The translations under genes were made by a program, and so were the position numbers. Under the pieces are notes generated by a model. It was not told the origin of the DNA. It did not search any database and worked only from the letters and a program-made list of their open reading frames with translations. A stretch of DNA of 64,000 nt from Gnetum montanum (taxonomy: Eukaryota > Plantae > Gnetophyta): the NCBI GenBank assembly GCA_015680685.1, contig MNCI01001500.1, positions 1-64,000 of the forward strand, given 5' to 3'. Shown piece after piece: positions 1-13,260 of this stretch; within the stretch, counting starts at the first letter, position 1, and each line of letters opens with the position of its first letter.

Positions 1-450
1 AGCCTTTGTAAAAAGATCTAAGGTGTTTATCTAAATTGGATTAAGGAATTCCACAAAAATCATTATTACAACCTATCAAAGCAAAAACAATACAACCTAT
101 TAGAGTTACTTAGCAAATTAAGACAACACATCTAGTCAGAGGTGAAATTAGCCTCTATAAAAAGCTCTAAGGTGTTTTTCTAGATTTTTCTTAGTAATTT
201 CACAAGAAAACATTATTACAACCTTGCATATCATTGCATCATGACCAATTGAAATTTTTTTACAAATTTAGAGAAAACTTTCGAAGTTAGAGGTGAAATT
301 AGCTTATGTAAAAAGCTCTTAGTTGTTTATCTAAATCTCATAAAAGCATTATTATCATATTTTATAGCCTTTATAGCCAAAAATATATCTTAGTCTAAAT
401 TATGCTAAATTTAGAAAATAGCATCTAAATTATGCATAAATTTTTTTTAA
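1..450. repeat. Degenerate ~150-bp tandem repeat, 3 copies
   Basis: agcct(t/c)t(g/a)taaaaag(a/c)tctaaggtgttt(a/t)tcta...cattattac recurs at ~1, ~150 and ~301. Confidence 0.75.
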
Positions 451-1428
451 AAAAGTAAGCATAAGTTTAGGAAAAGCATCTAAATTATGAAAAGCTTGTA
501 TAAATTTGAAAAAAAAAAACATCTAAACTATGCAAAAATTTAGAAAAATCATGATAAACTTAGAAAAAACTATGAAACCATAGTAAAAACTTATTTAAAA
601 TAGAAAAATCTTTTACTCTTTTTAAAAAACAAAAATTAAGCATATCAACCACTTCTATTTTGGGTAATGTACTACAATAATAATGAGTTTTGCCTTGATT
701 TAGAGTGATTCCACCTTTTTTGGAAAGCTAAAGCCAAAGCCTATGTAGCCATGACTAGAAAATAGAAAAAACCTTTGCCATTTTCTTATGAAAATTTCAC
801 AAATCTACATGAAATTACAAAAGCAACACAAACAACCTAACTACACAACATTAGGAAAACAACCATAACTTCCTCATTTCAAAGCCAAATTAAACGTGAC
901 AACCACCATTGAAAAACTTAAACAAAGGGATACAAAACCATAATCTTTAATTTTACAAATGTATAGCAATTTCACAAAGGAAAAATACACAACCTTCCTT
1001 GCCTTTTCATAGCAAAACTTCAAAAATCTCAAAGCCTAAATTTCAAATAGCCATTAAAATGGTAAAAATAGCCAAAACAATTAAATTCCATTTAAATTAA
1101 CATCAAAATAATGGGGTAGGATTTTGTTAAAATTTAATTTTAACAAGCTCGAAGGCCTAGATTTGAAAAAAAATAGCGATACCCCAAGATTTTGAGAAAA
1201 AAGCACAAAATAGCAAGCCTTGTTTTCAAAATCAAATTTGCAAAAGCTAAAGCAATAAAAAACTATGGATCTACATGAAAGAAGCCAAAATAGGATATGG
1301 GATTTCATCAAAATTTCATTTTAACCCCTCTACTATAGTAGATCTTGAAAAAATGTCCTAAACATTTAGAAATCAAAAAGCTAGAAAAATCACAAAAAAC
1401 AAAGGCAAAAATAGGTAGAATTTTCTAC

Positions 1429-1557
1429 CTTGGAGTAGAGACAAATGGTTCCTTAATAGAGATAGGCCTAGGAACCTCTGAAAACTCCCTAGAATGCTCA
1501 TCCATCCTTTGGATCATAGGATTCTTGCTCTTTCCTCCTCTCTTTTTTGTATGCCAT
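1429..1557 (-). pseudogene. First exon of the antisense accessory gene of element D
   Basis: ATG at 1557. With one frameshift it reads KRGGKSKNPMIQRMDEHSREFSEVPRP, then donor AG|GTAGAA at 1428. It resembles exon 1 of B (MSKRRMNTSKNPSFQEVEAITKGLS) in length, position and the SKNP motif. Confidence 0.5.
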
Positions 1558-1999
1558 TGCAAACTCAACATTAAGAAAGAGGAAAATTAGGAAAAGGTGG
1601 GAGTTCTACACTAGTGATAGGAGGGATGGGAGGCATCCATACTGAAGATTGGTTTTGGCTACCATAGGAATCTCTACCAAAGCTCTCCTCCAATGCATTG
1701 TTGCTGTAGAATGATAATTATTATCAAAAATTACAAAATCTAACATATAATACCCTTCTAAAACCTAAACAAAACCCTAGCAGCTTATTCAATGCATCAT
1801 AACTATAGGTGCATTGAAGAAAAAAGGGGAAATGTCTAGTTCACATTGGTTTTTAGGTGTGAAACAACTTCACTTTTCAAAGTTTTAATTTTTGGATTGT
1901 GGGTCCCATCATGTGCCTTCACTTTTGGCCAAAACTTACATCAACAATGAGATTTTTTGCCAAATTTGACACATCAAACATTATGGCAACCTTGATTTC

Positions 2000-4900
2000 A
2001 TACATCCATGCTAGAATGCCATGTCCAATGTGGAAGCATGCCCATTCTTCTACAAATTCATTAGCATTACAATATATTTCTATTTTTAGTAGCCTAAACT
2101 TACCGTTTTCAACCTTGGGTCTTCAAAATTCAGTAAAACATGAGCAAGGTTGAGAACCATGGAATTTCATGCTCAAGAAATAATGCCTAGTGTGGATGAA
2201 TGGGGGTAACACTCACAATTTCCTCCCAACACTCATCTAGCACATGTTTGATGCCAAAGTGGGCCCCACATGATTTAGAATCCCTCTAAGCATCTCTGGC
2301 AACCTCGAAAACTCACCAAACCTAGTCAAAACTAGTTTAAATCTAGGATTTGATGTGTTTCATGCTAGGGAACACTTCTCCCATGCTAAGCCTTTCACCC
2401 TCAAAGTGGATAGATGGGGGAATGCCAAAAATGACCTAAATTGGTGACCTAATGATCATTTCTTGATGCATGTTGACCCCTAGACCCTACTGGGACCCTC
2501 TAGAGCTTTCAAAAGCCCCAAAATGGGTCAAATATCATACAAAACTACTGTCCCCCTCTCATCCATGTTGGGGCCATCATGCCTATTGTGGAAGAAATAG
2601 GTGAGGTTCCATGAGACACTTAGAAGCCTCCAAACTATCAAATCTAAACACCCAACATTGACCATCGACATCGACAACCCTAGAGGTTGACATGTATGAT
2701 TGATCAGTTGTTGATTTGTCCTATACCTAACTCTTTTTACTAAGTGGGACCTCTTCCATAATGAGCATTCCACCTCAACATGGAAAAAGAAGGAAAGCCT
2801 GAAACCCTGTCAAAGCCTCCAAAATGATCAGAACTTGGCCTCAAGCACTAATGGCCAATGCTAGCAACCCTATGAGAATACATGCATGGCTAGATCAATA
2901 AAAAATGATCAAAAAAGCTTTTCACCAAAATTTTTCACACTAAGAATGGAAGCCCCAATGTGGAAAATTGGGGGAGCCCAAAAATGCCTTATAACCCTTG
3001 AAATAATCAAATTTTAATGTCATATGGCAATAGGTAACATTGGCAATCTTAGGGGCCTACATGCATGTTTGAAGATGACCAAAAGTGATCAAAAATATTT
3101 TTCCCTAATTTTCCATGCTAATCATGGAAGCCCCAACATGGAAAAATGGAAAAAATCAAAAAGATGCCTTATGACCCTTGAAACAATCAAATTTCAACAT
3201 TAGATGGTAGCAAATGACACCAACAACCTTAGGGCCCTACATGCATGCCTAAAAATGATCAAAAGTGATCAAAATTTTTTTCCTCCAATTTTTCATGATG
3301 AGCATGAAAGCCCTAGTGTGGAAAAGGAGGGGGAATCTAAAATATTCCTTATGAACCCTGAAATAACCAAATTTTGACATCAGATGTCAGCTGTCAATGC
3401 CAACAACCTTAGAAACCTACATGCATGCCTGAAAGTCACCATAGAGGATCAAAAAGATTTCCCCCAGATTTTCCATATTGATCATGGAAGCCTTAACATG
3501 GAAAATTTTGGTAACTCCAAACAATCCCTAGTGACCCTTGGAACAACCAAAATTTAACACTAGATGTTAGTAGTTGATGCTAGCAACCTTGTGAATGTGC
3601 ATTCATGACTAAAAGTGATCATAAAGCACCATAATGCATGGAAGCCCTAGCATGGAAAAAAGGGGCAAAGTCCAAAAACCACTTATCAACTTTCAAAAAA
3701 TAAAAATTTTAACATCAGGTAGTAACCATCTTCACTAGCAACCACAAGGACTTACATGCATGACTAAAAATGATGCAAAAGTATGAAAATCAATTTTCCC
3801 AAAATTTTTCACACTAAGTTCTCTATCCCCAACATGAAAGAAGAGGAGGAAGTGCAAAAAAACACTTTAAAAAACTGTTAAAATGACCAGTTTTGACTCC
3901 AAACCCTAGTCCTCAACCCTGATAGTCCCATAGGCTAACATGCATGATCGATTGAAGTAAAAACTATACTAGATCTAAGTTTTATGGTTTCTCCACACTA
4001 GGAATTCCCACCTCCATGATTCTTAGCATGTAAATTAAAGGAAAAATCCATTTGGAGTCTAGAACTATCCTAGAACAACATTAACCAAACTTGTATGTGC
4101 TCTAGGACCTTCTCAGCATCATTTGGAGCTTTCAAAATTTAAGAAACTAATGTTAGAAGATCAAAAATCCATTCCTCCATGTTTTCCATGTTGAGCTTTC
4201 CATCACTGGCATTGAAGAAAGGGGGGAAGCCAAAAAACCACTTAGTGGTACCCAAAATTGCTAAATTTTTGACATGGATCCATAGTAACCCTGAGAGGTA
4301 TCATGCATGGTTGATTGTGATTCAAATTGGTCTAAATATAATATTATTACTTCTTCCATGCTAGAATAACTTCCCCAACATGGAAAGAATGGGGGAGGTT
4401 ACTTTTCCACTTTTGGAGACAAGATGACACTCTTGGAAGCCAAAGATCTTTACTGAAGAAGCCTAGGACCTTATAGCCTTAATATTTTGCTTATTTAACC
4501 TTATTTCAACCTTTAAAACTCATTCCTCCCATTCTTCCATACTAGAGTAACTCCCCCATCATGGAAACATGGGGGAAGACCTTAAGTACCCTTAAACAAC
4601 CTTCAAATATGTCCAAAATTAGCTAAAAACTTGCAAAATCAAAATCTACAATCCTAGGGGCCTAGAAACCTTGTCAAAGTACTCCAAAATTACTTTGACT
4701 TCATAAAATAAGTATCCCCCTATTTTTCCATGTTGAGGATATTGTGCCTAACATAGAAAAAAAGGGGAAATCCATTTGAACCTCTATTAACCCAGAAAAT
4801 GACCTCAAATTGCCTTAGAATGAAGCACATGGATGCACAAGTTCCAGATCTAGAATCTAGACACATATTTGATCATGTTTGACCTCATTTTTTCTTTGAT

Positions 4901-5130
4901 TTTTTTCCATGCTAAATCACATCTTGTCCACACTATCCAGTGTGGAAACAAGAGGGAAAGGCTTCAAAACCTACTTTTTGGCCTTTACAGAACTTCGAGG
5001 AGCCAAATTTTGATGGATTTGACCCTATGCTACCTTGGGAAGGTCCTAGGACCTTAATCTTGGACCTTTGAGCACCCCAAAACCTATTTTCCTTAGTCTC
5101 TATACTAAGGGCCCTTGTTTCCACACTAAG
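2000..5130. repeat. ~180-bp-period array, each unit carrying an inverted pair TTCCAYRYTR-N~11-YARYRTGGAA
   Basis: Inverted pairs at ~2005, 2168, 2380, 2562, 2756, 2934, 3112, 3292, 3472, 3810, 4185, 4355, 4536, 4727 and 4906. Whole units align between 2880 and 3900 (atgcatg at 3061, 3241, 3421). Confidence 0.85.
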
Positions 5131-5644
5131 CTAGAAACAACCTAGAAACACTTGATTTTTAGGTCTAAACAACCTAGAAACAATCCTAATTGATGTCTAA
5201 ACTCATGTACTAACCCTACAGCCTCAAAACATGGTCCTCTGAGTCCTAACACTAGTAAAAACTAACCATATTTTATCTATATTAGTCAAACTTTATCATA
5301 TATAGCCTATGTTATTTGATTTTTGACTTATTACATTATGTTTTGGCTTGTTTTTAGACTTATGTTGCCTTGAGAACCTTGTTGACCTTCTATGACCTTT
5401 ATACAACATTATATGTTCTTTGTTTATCTTATTATAGCTCTATTTGCATTTTTTTGGCCTTTAAATGGTATCAAATAGTGGGTTTTGACCTTCTATAACC
5501 ACCATTTGACACCATATGACCATGGCTCGCTAAGGTCCTAAATTGGTATCATAGTCCAGCAAGACTTTAAACTAGCATCACAACCTATTAAGGGCTTAAA
5601 TTAGCAAAATTGTGACATTTTCTGATCATTTGTAGGCTAACTCT

Positions 5645-6670
5645 TTATACCTCACACTAGAAGTGGAAAGGAAAATATTCATATTCTTGTGGATTTGTTG
5701 ATCAAGTTAGCTCATTTCTTGGTTATGAAGACTTTAGCTAGCATAAAGGTTGTTGCATAGTTATTCACCTATGAGATCATATGATTGCATGACATTCCTA
5801 CCAAGATTATCTCAGATTGTGATGCTAAATTCACTTCTTAGTTTTGGCAAGCATTCAAGGATAGCCTAGGTAGTAGGATAAATATGAGTTTATCTTAGCA
5901 TCAATATATTGATGGTTAGGTTAAGAGAGTTAACCAATTATTGGAGGAAATGCTTTCATCTTGTACCTTATAGTTTTTAAATAGTTGGAATAGTATATTA
6001 CCATTGGCAAAGTTTACTTATAACAACAACTACCAGGCTAGTCTAAAGGTAGCATCATATGAATTTCTATATGGGAGATCTTGCAAAACTTCCTTATGCT
6101 AAGATGTAATCAAGGATAGATAATGTATCACTTTAGATGTTGTGTTGAGAATGATAGAGTAGATTAGGGATATTCATAAGTAGTTAAAAGTAACTTATGA
6201 TTATTAGGTGAGCTACAAAAACTATAGGAGAAGGCCTCTTGATTTTGAAATTAGTGATAAGATGGTTTTTTGTGTCTCTCCACTAAAAGGCTTGATGCAT
6301 TTTAGTTAATAAGGTAAATTTGTATCTTGTTATATTATTCCATTCAATGTTTCTCAATGTATAGGAGTGGTTTCATATCATGGTGGTTTGCCTCCACAAC
6401 ATTTGTGCATGCAAGATGTATTTCATGTCTACGTGCTATGGAAGTACATCCTTGATGTTAATCATTTTGTTAACTAGTTTGAGATATAGCTTCAAGTTAA
6501 TGCCTCATATGTGGAGTAGTCCATTAGGATGGTGGACCAAATGGAGTCCCACTTACATAGTAGGATTATTCCCATGATGAAGATTTTGTAGAGCCATCAT
6601 GGTTCCTAGGAGTCTACTTAAAAGCTTGAATCCAATTTATGTTCTTCACATCTTGGGATCTTTCCAAGAG
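5645..6670 (+). pseudogene. Chromovirus (Tekay/Del-like) integrase core and chromodomain, many stops
   Basis: Reads PHTRSGKENIHILVDLLIKLAHF, LHDIPTKIISDCDAKFTS*FW, LPLAKFTYNNNYQASLKVASYEFLYGRSCKTSLC, VSPLKG, DVFHVYVL and KIL*SHHGS*EST*KLE. Confidence 0.9.
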
Positions 6671-6693
6671 GGAGATCCTTAAGGGGGAAAGGA

Positions 6694-9274
6694 TGTAAAA
6701 ACCCATATTTTTAGCATCTTTGGTATGCATAATATTTGCAAATTTTGTGATATTTATATGCATATGTGCTATATGCTTGTTTGGCTTGGTATATTCTTAT
6801 GATTTTTTCTAGAGGCTTTATGATGATGTTGGGCTTTAAGATACTTAGAGGCATGGATGTTCTTATGTATCTTTTAATATTTAATTATATGTATATTTTT
6901 ATTCCATATAGTAAATGGACACTAACCTATTGTTGAGTATGCCATGATCTCATGAGGATTGGTTGGAAACATGACATCACATGTGAATTATAGTTTGTTC
7001 AATTTTTTTCATGAGTGCATGTTATATCTCTAATTGTTATTTGGTTTGATGATTTTTTTATGTATACATGTATGTTTATGTATGTATTTGTTTAGATTAG
7101 TTTTATTTTATTTTTATGAGATATGTTAAAATATATATTTTTGGTATGATGTATGTTATGGTATATTTCAGTTTTAGTTATTTTGGCATGTGTGGAAGTT
7201 ACATGAGTGGGAGAGGAAGTTACATTTGAGATTGATAAGATTTTAAGTATTATATTGGTTTGGGTGATTGGAGTTCTTTCATTCAGTGATTTTTCTTGGT
7301 CAATTTTGATTAAAACTTCAACCAATCATTCTTTTCACATACTTTGATAATTCAAAAGAGGTGTTGTAGGAGATTAAAGCTATGGAGATGCTAGTGGATT
7401 ATGGATTAGTTATGCAAATTTCTTACATCTTTATGGTTTACTTTCATTTCTTGTAGTTTCTATAGTTAAAATTTGAAGATGAGTTACCTTGGCTTCTTTC
7501 CATTTTATGTTTATAGGTTTTTGTATACATCCATGGGATGGATATTGTTTATTTTTTAGTATGAATGATATTGTTTTAGGGTTGATGGGTATAGCTTTGT
7601 ATGCTTGAAATAATATTTTTGTAGATTCTATGTGGTGAAATTATGATTATGGATTTTTCTATTTCATCATTTTTGGGCATGGATTCTATGAGATCTATTC
7701 AAAAAAAAATTTATGAGATCATTTTTGGGCATGGGTTTTCTATTTCATCATTTCTGAGCATGGGTTTTGCTAATTCATTTATGCGATTAATTATAATTTC
7801 ATAAAAGTACTACTATGATTTTTCTTATGCATATGTGTTCTAGATCTTTGAGAGAGAGAGATGTAGTATGGGTTTTCCATGATGGCTAGTGTGGAATTTT
7901 AGGGATTTTTTTCACTCATTCTAACATTTAGATCCATTTCCCTTGCTATGATCTTATCATGTTTATTGTGATGGTTCCTATTTTGCATATCAAATTGGCT
8001 TAAATTCCTCTTTCTCTTCTATATATGTGATTTTGATTATTGCTCTATTCCTATTGAGATTTCCAACCTTTTTTTTAATAATTGAATTACTAGTATAGTC
8101 TTGTTATTGCTTTTATTTATGTCAATTTTTGTTCTTAAGTTGTTGAGCTCTTACCCATGGTTTTATTGTCCATTCTCCTTATATTGGTATTTTTCCTTGT
8201 TGATCAAGGTGTTTCCTTGCCTAGAGGAGATGTCTGAACATAAGACAAGACATCTTACCTAAGTTGCCTCCAATTTTTTCATAGAAATCTTCTAGTTATC
8301 ATAGAAATAATGTTTCCTTCTAAGAAATCTCATCCAAGACATCTCTTGATTTTCTAGATGGCTCTCCTACAAGCCAAAATCTACCAAAAAATTGAATATT
8401 ATGAAACTTGGTTTCTTTTTTTGGCCTAAAACTTGAAATTCTTAGTCTTTGAGATTTTTGAAAACCTATCAAATCTTTCTTATATATTGGATTAAATTTT
8501 TCCTTCTTGCATCTTTAATTATTGGTCACTTTTCCTTTGGTTTGGATGATTATGATTAGGTTAAATCTTGGTTAATTATGATCTTGTTTCTTTTTATTAT
8601 CTTGAATTTTCACAATGAGCATTTACTAATATTTCTAGGATTAAGTACAAGCTTTATATCTTGTCAATAATCATAATCTTTTCTTGGGTTTGGAGGTAAA
8701 TATTCTATCTCATTTTTTAGTTACCTCATGGTGTGATAACCCATATACAATTCTCACTTGTTGGTAACTCTAGTTTTCCCATTATTGTGACACTATCAAT
8801 TTTTTAGTGATTATGATAATGTTTTCCCTTGAATTTGTTGGCATCTTGGAATGTGGTTAAATTATGTGAGATCCCTTGATTGTGGGATTTGGTTTGCGAT
8901 GATGAATTTCCATGTGATTGGATTACTTTGTTAGTATCATGTGATTTCTTAGATTGGTATCCTTGTGAGGATTCCTTATACTATTAGATATCTTAATGAA
9001 ATGAACTCTTTTACTCTATTGCTATATCCTCCACTGTTAGTTTGGATTCCATGGTTGTTTTTTGTTGATTATTTAGATGTTGGAGCTAGCACTGAGTTGT
9101 GTGACCGATTGGAGATGGGCTTCCTACAGATGGTTTTGTGATTAACGTCTGTAGGGATATCTCAGTATGACTTTCATGGGAGGCATCATGCTATGTGAAA
9201 GGATGATTCCATGGTTTATTTTTCATTTTATGTTGTGCCTATAGAATGGTAGAGGTGATGTCTTGGGTTATGTC
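6694..9274 (+). mobile_element. Long LTR of the Tekay-like chromovirus, interrupted at 9275 by element A
   Basis: PPT aagggggaaagga (6681-6693) is followed directly by TGTAAAAACCC and a long non-coding T-rich tract. Confidence 0.75.
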
Positions 9275-10286
9275 TATAATGACTAAAAAATTTGATGGTA
9301 GAGATTTGAAGATCTCAATGTAGAATAGTTTTACCTCAAAATCCATGGGTCTCAAAATGATCTAAGGCACCTTAGGAGGTCTAGTCAATTATCTAAGGAC
9401 TTATGAGTTCTATTACAAAATGAAATAAATGAAAATAAGCAATAATGGATAGAAAAATGAGCAAGTGAAAGATCCAACACTAGATCTATAAGAACCATGA
9501 TATAAAGTTAAAAATAACATGTCTAAATGTTTTATTTAATGCTTCAAATTACAATTTTGAGAGAATATAGAGTGTGAAATTCTTAATATTTCATATATCT
9601 CTACAAAAATGGTGCTAAAAATCTAGCTTGCGGATGGGTGATATGTGTGCTACAATCCTCCCAAATATGTCTAGCTTGCTTAATCTGCTTCCTGGTGCAA
9701 CTACAATACATTTTCTTTATTATCTTACTAGAAAAAGATATGCTTTTCATGCTTAAAAAGGTCCAAAAAGGTCTTAAAATTGATGCCATTTTTGACTTAA
9801 ATAGACTACAATTTTTTGTTTCTCCATTATTTAGGTTATAATAAGTGTCCCAAATAGTTACACAACATTTTGAGTATTTTTATGTTTTAAAATTGCAACA
9901 TTTTTATCACTAGCATTTTTGACTAATTTCACTTGGAATGCAAGCATTTTTTACACTTTCCATGCCCCAAAATTGTAGTGTTTTTGTCACCAACCTTTTT
10001 GACTATTGTTAGTTTAATTGTAGCATTTTTTGTAGTGTATTCAATAATTTCAAACTCATATACATTACTCTAGTATAATTCACAATGTATTTGACATTTT
10101 ATGCCATGAATTACATCTTTAAAAGTGAAAATTTTCTAGGACATTAACAAAATATGATCACAAAGTGAATTTTCTAAAGGAAAATGAAGGCATTCATGTT
10201 TTCTCTTAAATCCAATCAAAATTACATGATAAAATATTGCTACAAGGCTTCTTTTTTGCATCATGAATTTTCTTTGAGGTGTTTCA
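9275..10286 (-). repeat. 3' LTR of element A
   Basis: The first ~150 bp align with the LTR starts at 19164 and 35355. It ends GGTGTTTCA followed by TTGGCCCC, as at 38154. Confidence 0.8.
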
Positions 10287-12199
10287 TTGGCCCCATCTTT
10301 GTTGATGTTTTGAGGATTGACCTAGAAGACATCAACAAAGAATGTGAAATATTGCTACAGATTCATCACCAATGCTTCTCTCTCCACACTTGATTTTGTA
10401 GTTTTCGAATCATGCTAGGAAGTGCTCATGATGATGAAGTAAGATTAGGATGGGAATAATGACTTGAAGTAAGGAATTGGCTATATTGGTTATTCAGAAA
10501 TGGTTAAAAAAGCTAACAGAGAATTCCAAATGTTTTGACATCATGGTTATGACATAATGACATGTTTACTAGTTAATAAAGGCTTCATCCTTCATGCTTG
10601 ATTGACTAGTTACATAGGCTTAGACTTGGAGAAATCAATGCTTTATCATAGTCTTTTTTTACTGAGCCATTTGTTACTTGTTAGGATAATTTCACCTCTT
10701 CTCTTTCTTGAAATCTCTCCATTTTTATTTTTTGGGAGTAAAAACTTCTTTGGAATTCAATGCCAAGGACAAATTTTTATTATCTCCCTGAAGAAACCAT
10801 GTGTAGACTTGGTGAACTAAATTTAGTGCAGCATTGTATAAGAGATGTCACAAGACCATGATGCATGAATGTCAAACATAGGATTTTAGCATTAGCAAGG
10901 TAAGGCTAAGATGGTTATAGGGTTATGACTATGAAAGGGTAGTGGGAGTGATATGGGATAAGCACCATTAGCATGATCAAATGAGCTAATTGAATATCAT
11001 ATATTGAGGTCATGTGATAACTTACTGCTATAATGAGTCACACTTATATGATGAATTTGAACTCATCCTATAAACACAACTCCTAGAGAATAAGAAAGTA
11101 GATCAAAGAATATAGAGATTATAAGATATTACTTGATACAACAAGAAAATATAGAACATCATGAGTTAAAATTGACAAAACTTAAGGACTTTGTATCTTG
11201 CACTATAGATTTTTACAAAGTTTGTAGTGTTTTGAAATGTCAAATAGAGAGAAGATCATGCATGCTAGCTTGTCACAGGCTATAAGATCCATTAATGTTA
11301 CATAGTCATTCAAATATACAAATAAAGACCAACAACACTAAAAGTAAACATATCTTGGGGATATTGAGGTTACATAGATACAATAAAGAACATGCGAAGG
11401 TTGTAGTGTTCCCTTTTAGGGCTTTGGTGATATCTTGGGGATATTGAGGTTTAAGTGAGAAACTTAGTTTTCAATATTTTCTTCTCATAATTGTCAATTG
11501 AAATGGAAAATTCTACTAGGGAATCTTCTATGATGGTTATGGCCTCTAGGTTAAGTGTAATAAGGGAATTTCAAGGTGTTAAGGCTACATGGTTGAAAGG
11601 CTTCCAGGCTTAGAGGTTTAAGTGTTCAAGGTTAATTGATTAAACAACATCACCCAAGGATATTCTTAGACTCAAATGTAAGTCAAATTGTTCCTATCCT
11701 TTCAAAGCTTAAACCTTCATATCATCATAAGCACATTAAATGACATTTGTATGATATAATTTTTAAACAATATCAAAAGAAGAAGAAAAAGGTAAAATAA
11801 GATCACAACAAGGCAAACTATGGGAAAATAAGATCAATTAAGCTTAAAGAAGTTAGGATATGTTCCAAATGATTTAAAAATAAGGTCAAGAAATGTTAAA
11901 ATGAGGTAAAATCACATAATAAATGATATTAAGTATTTATTTTCATTATTATGTTGTCAAAAAGGTCAAACTTTTATAAAAAGAACATCAATGAGTACAA
12001 TAATGATCTTTTGATGTAAAATAAATCAAATTGAGCACATATGACCTATTTTTAGCATGTTTGACCTAGTTGGACAACATGAAATTATTATGGTCTAGCT
12101 TGACAACATATTTGATAGTCTTATACAACATGTAAACTACAATTTTAGGTTTTCCAGCATGTGTATGGTAATTTCATTATCAATTTCATTTCCACATAG

Positions 12200-13100
12200 T
12201 TTCTGACACTTGGTACTTTGGGTAGGGAGCTGTGGAACCCACATGCCAAAATAATTAACGTAGTATGGTAGTGTATTGACTCTAGATATTGGATCCATAG
12301 CATAATTATGTTAATTTAATTATTAATTTTGCTACCCTAGCATATTTGGCACTTGGTATCTTGGATCTAGAGTTGGTAGGTCCCACCTATTAGCTTGTTT
12401 AAATAGATTGTAAGCATTTTGAGCTTTCAAAGTTAATTTCACACTAAAAGGTATAGTATGGGATTAATTCCATAGTTAATTTCACTCCCACAACATTTTT
12501 GACTTTTGGATATTCTTCTAGGCTATGTGGGACCAACTTGATAGTGTATTTGAGCAAGATGGGTAATGTATTAGACCATAAGAATCATTTTTTCAAGAGA
12601 AAGCAACATATGAACTTAATTTGATTTCCTATCTTATTACCTTGGTAAGTTTACCCTTTGGTATTTTTCTTCATGGTCTATGGGGCCCACATATCATCAC
12701 TATTGACCATATGAGCATTGTTTTGGACTAGGAAAACTCAATTTCTCATAGGATGTTAGTGTGTAAACTTAATTTCATTAATCCAACGTTTTTGACATTT
12801 GGTATTTTTTTTCATGACTTGTGGGCCCACATGTTAGTGTATTTAAGCACATGGACATTGTTTTAGGCTAGAAAAACCAATTTTCCACCAAGAGTAAGCA
12901 TGTGAAGTTAATTTTAATTTTAATTTCAATTGCACAACATGTTTGAGGTAGACTTGAACTACTTGGGCTATTAGGCATAGTGTCTTTGAGTTAGAGCATG
13001 AAGTTTTCTATGAAATATTAGCATGTAACATCTATTTCATTCTCAATTTCATAGCCATAGTGTATTTAACCTATTGCATTGGTAATTTCACACCAACAAC
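12200..13100. repeat. ~147-bp-period array with GTGGGNCCCAC palindrome
   Basis: tgtggaacccac 12231, ggtaggtcccac 12375, gtgggaccaac 12527, atggggcccac 12680, gtgggcccac 12821. Flanks align (cacttggta..., agcatgtgaa.ttaatttcatt). Confidence 0.8.
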
Positions 13101-13260
13101 ATATTTGGGACAAGCTTAAATTATAAAACTGAATTTCAACATTGTGTTCAAGAAAATTTGATTTTTTTTATCTCCTATGCTTAGTGTGTTAGAGAAAACT
13201 TGGAAATTTTAAACTTCTCTTTGTAGCAATTAAAGGTATAACACCTAAGATCTAGCAATC

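Larger units (their letters stand above)
1..5640 (+). mobile_element. Tat/Ogre-like element D, internal fragment: antisense-gene 5' end, palindrome array and pre-pol spacer; pol lost at junction with chromovirus integrase
   Basis: Same order as element B in the opposite orientation: first exon with an SKNP motif (1557-1429, minus), periodic palindrome array, then a TTTGACC-rich spacer (5230-5630) resembling the reverse complement of 26000-26300. It ends at a possible acceptor, ttttctgatcatttgtag, near 5635. Confidence 0.6.

Noticed and set aside
2880-3900. 180-bp repeat as centromeric satellite
   Set aside because: There are few, highly diverged units embedded at a fixed position in a retroelement cassette, not a long homogeneous array.
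5544-5557. tggtatcatagtcc as a tRNA-Met PBS for the chromovirus
   Set aside because: It is not preceded by an LTR ending in CA, no gag follows, and it lies in the Tat spacer where similar tggtatca words recur (5466).
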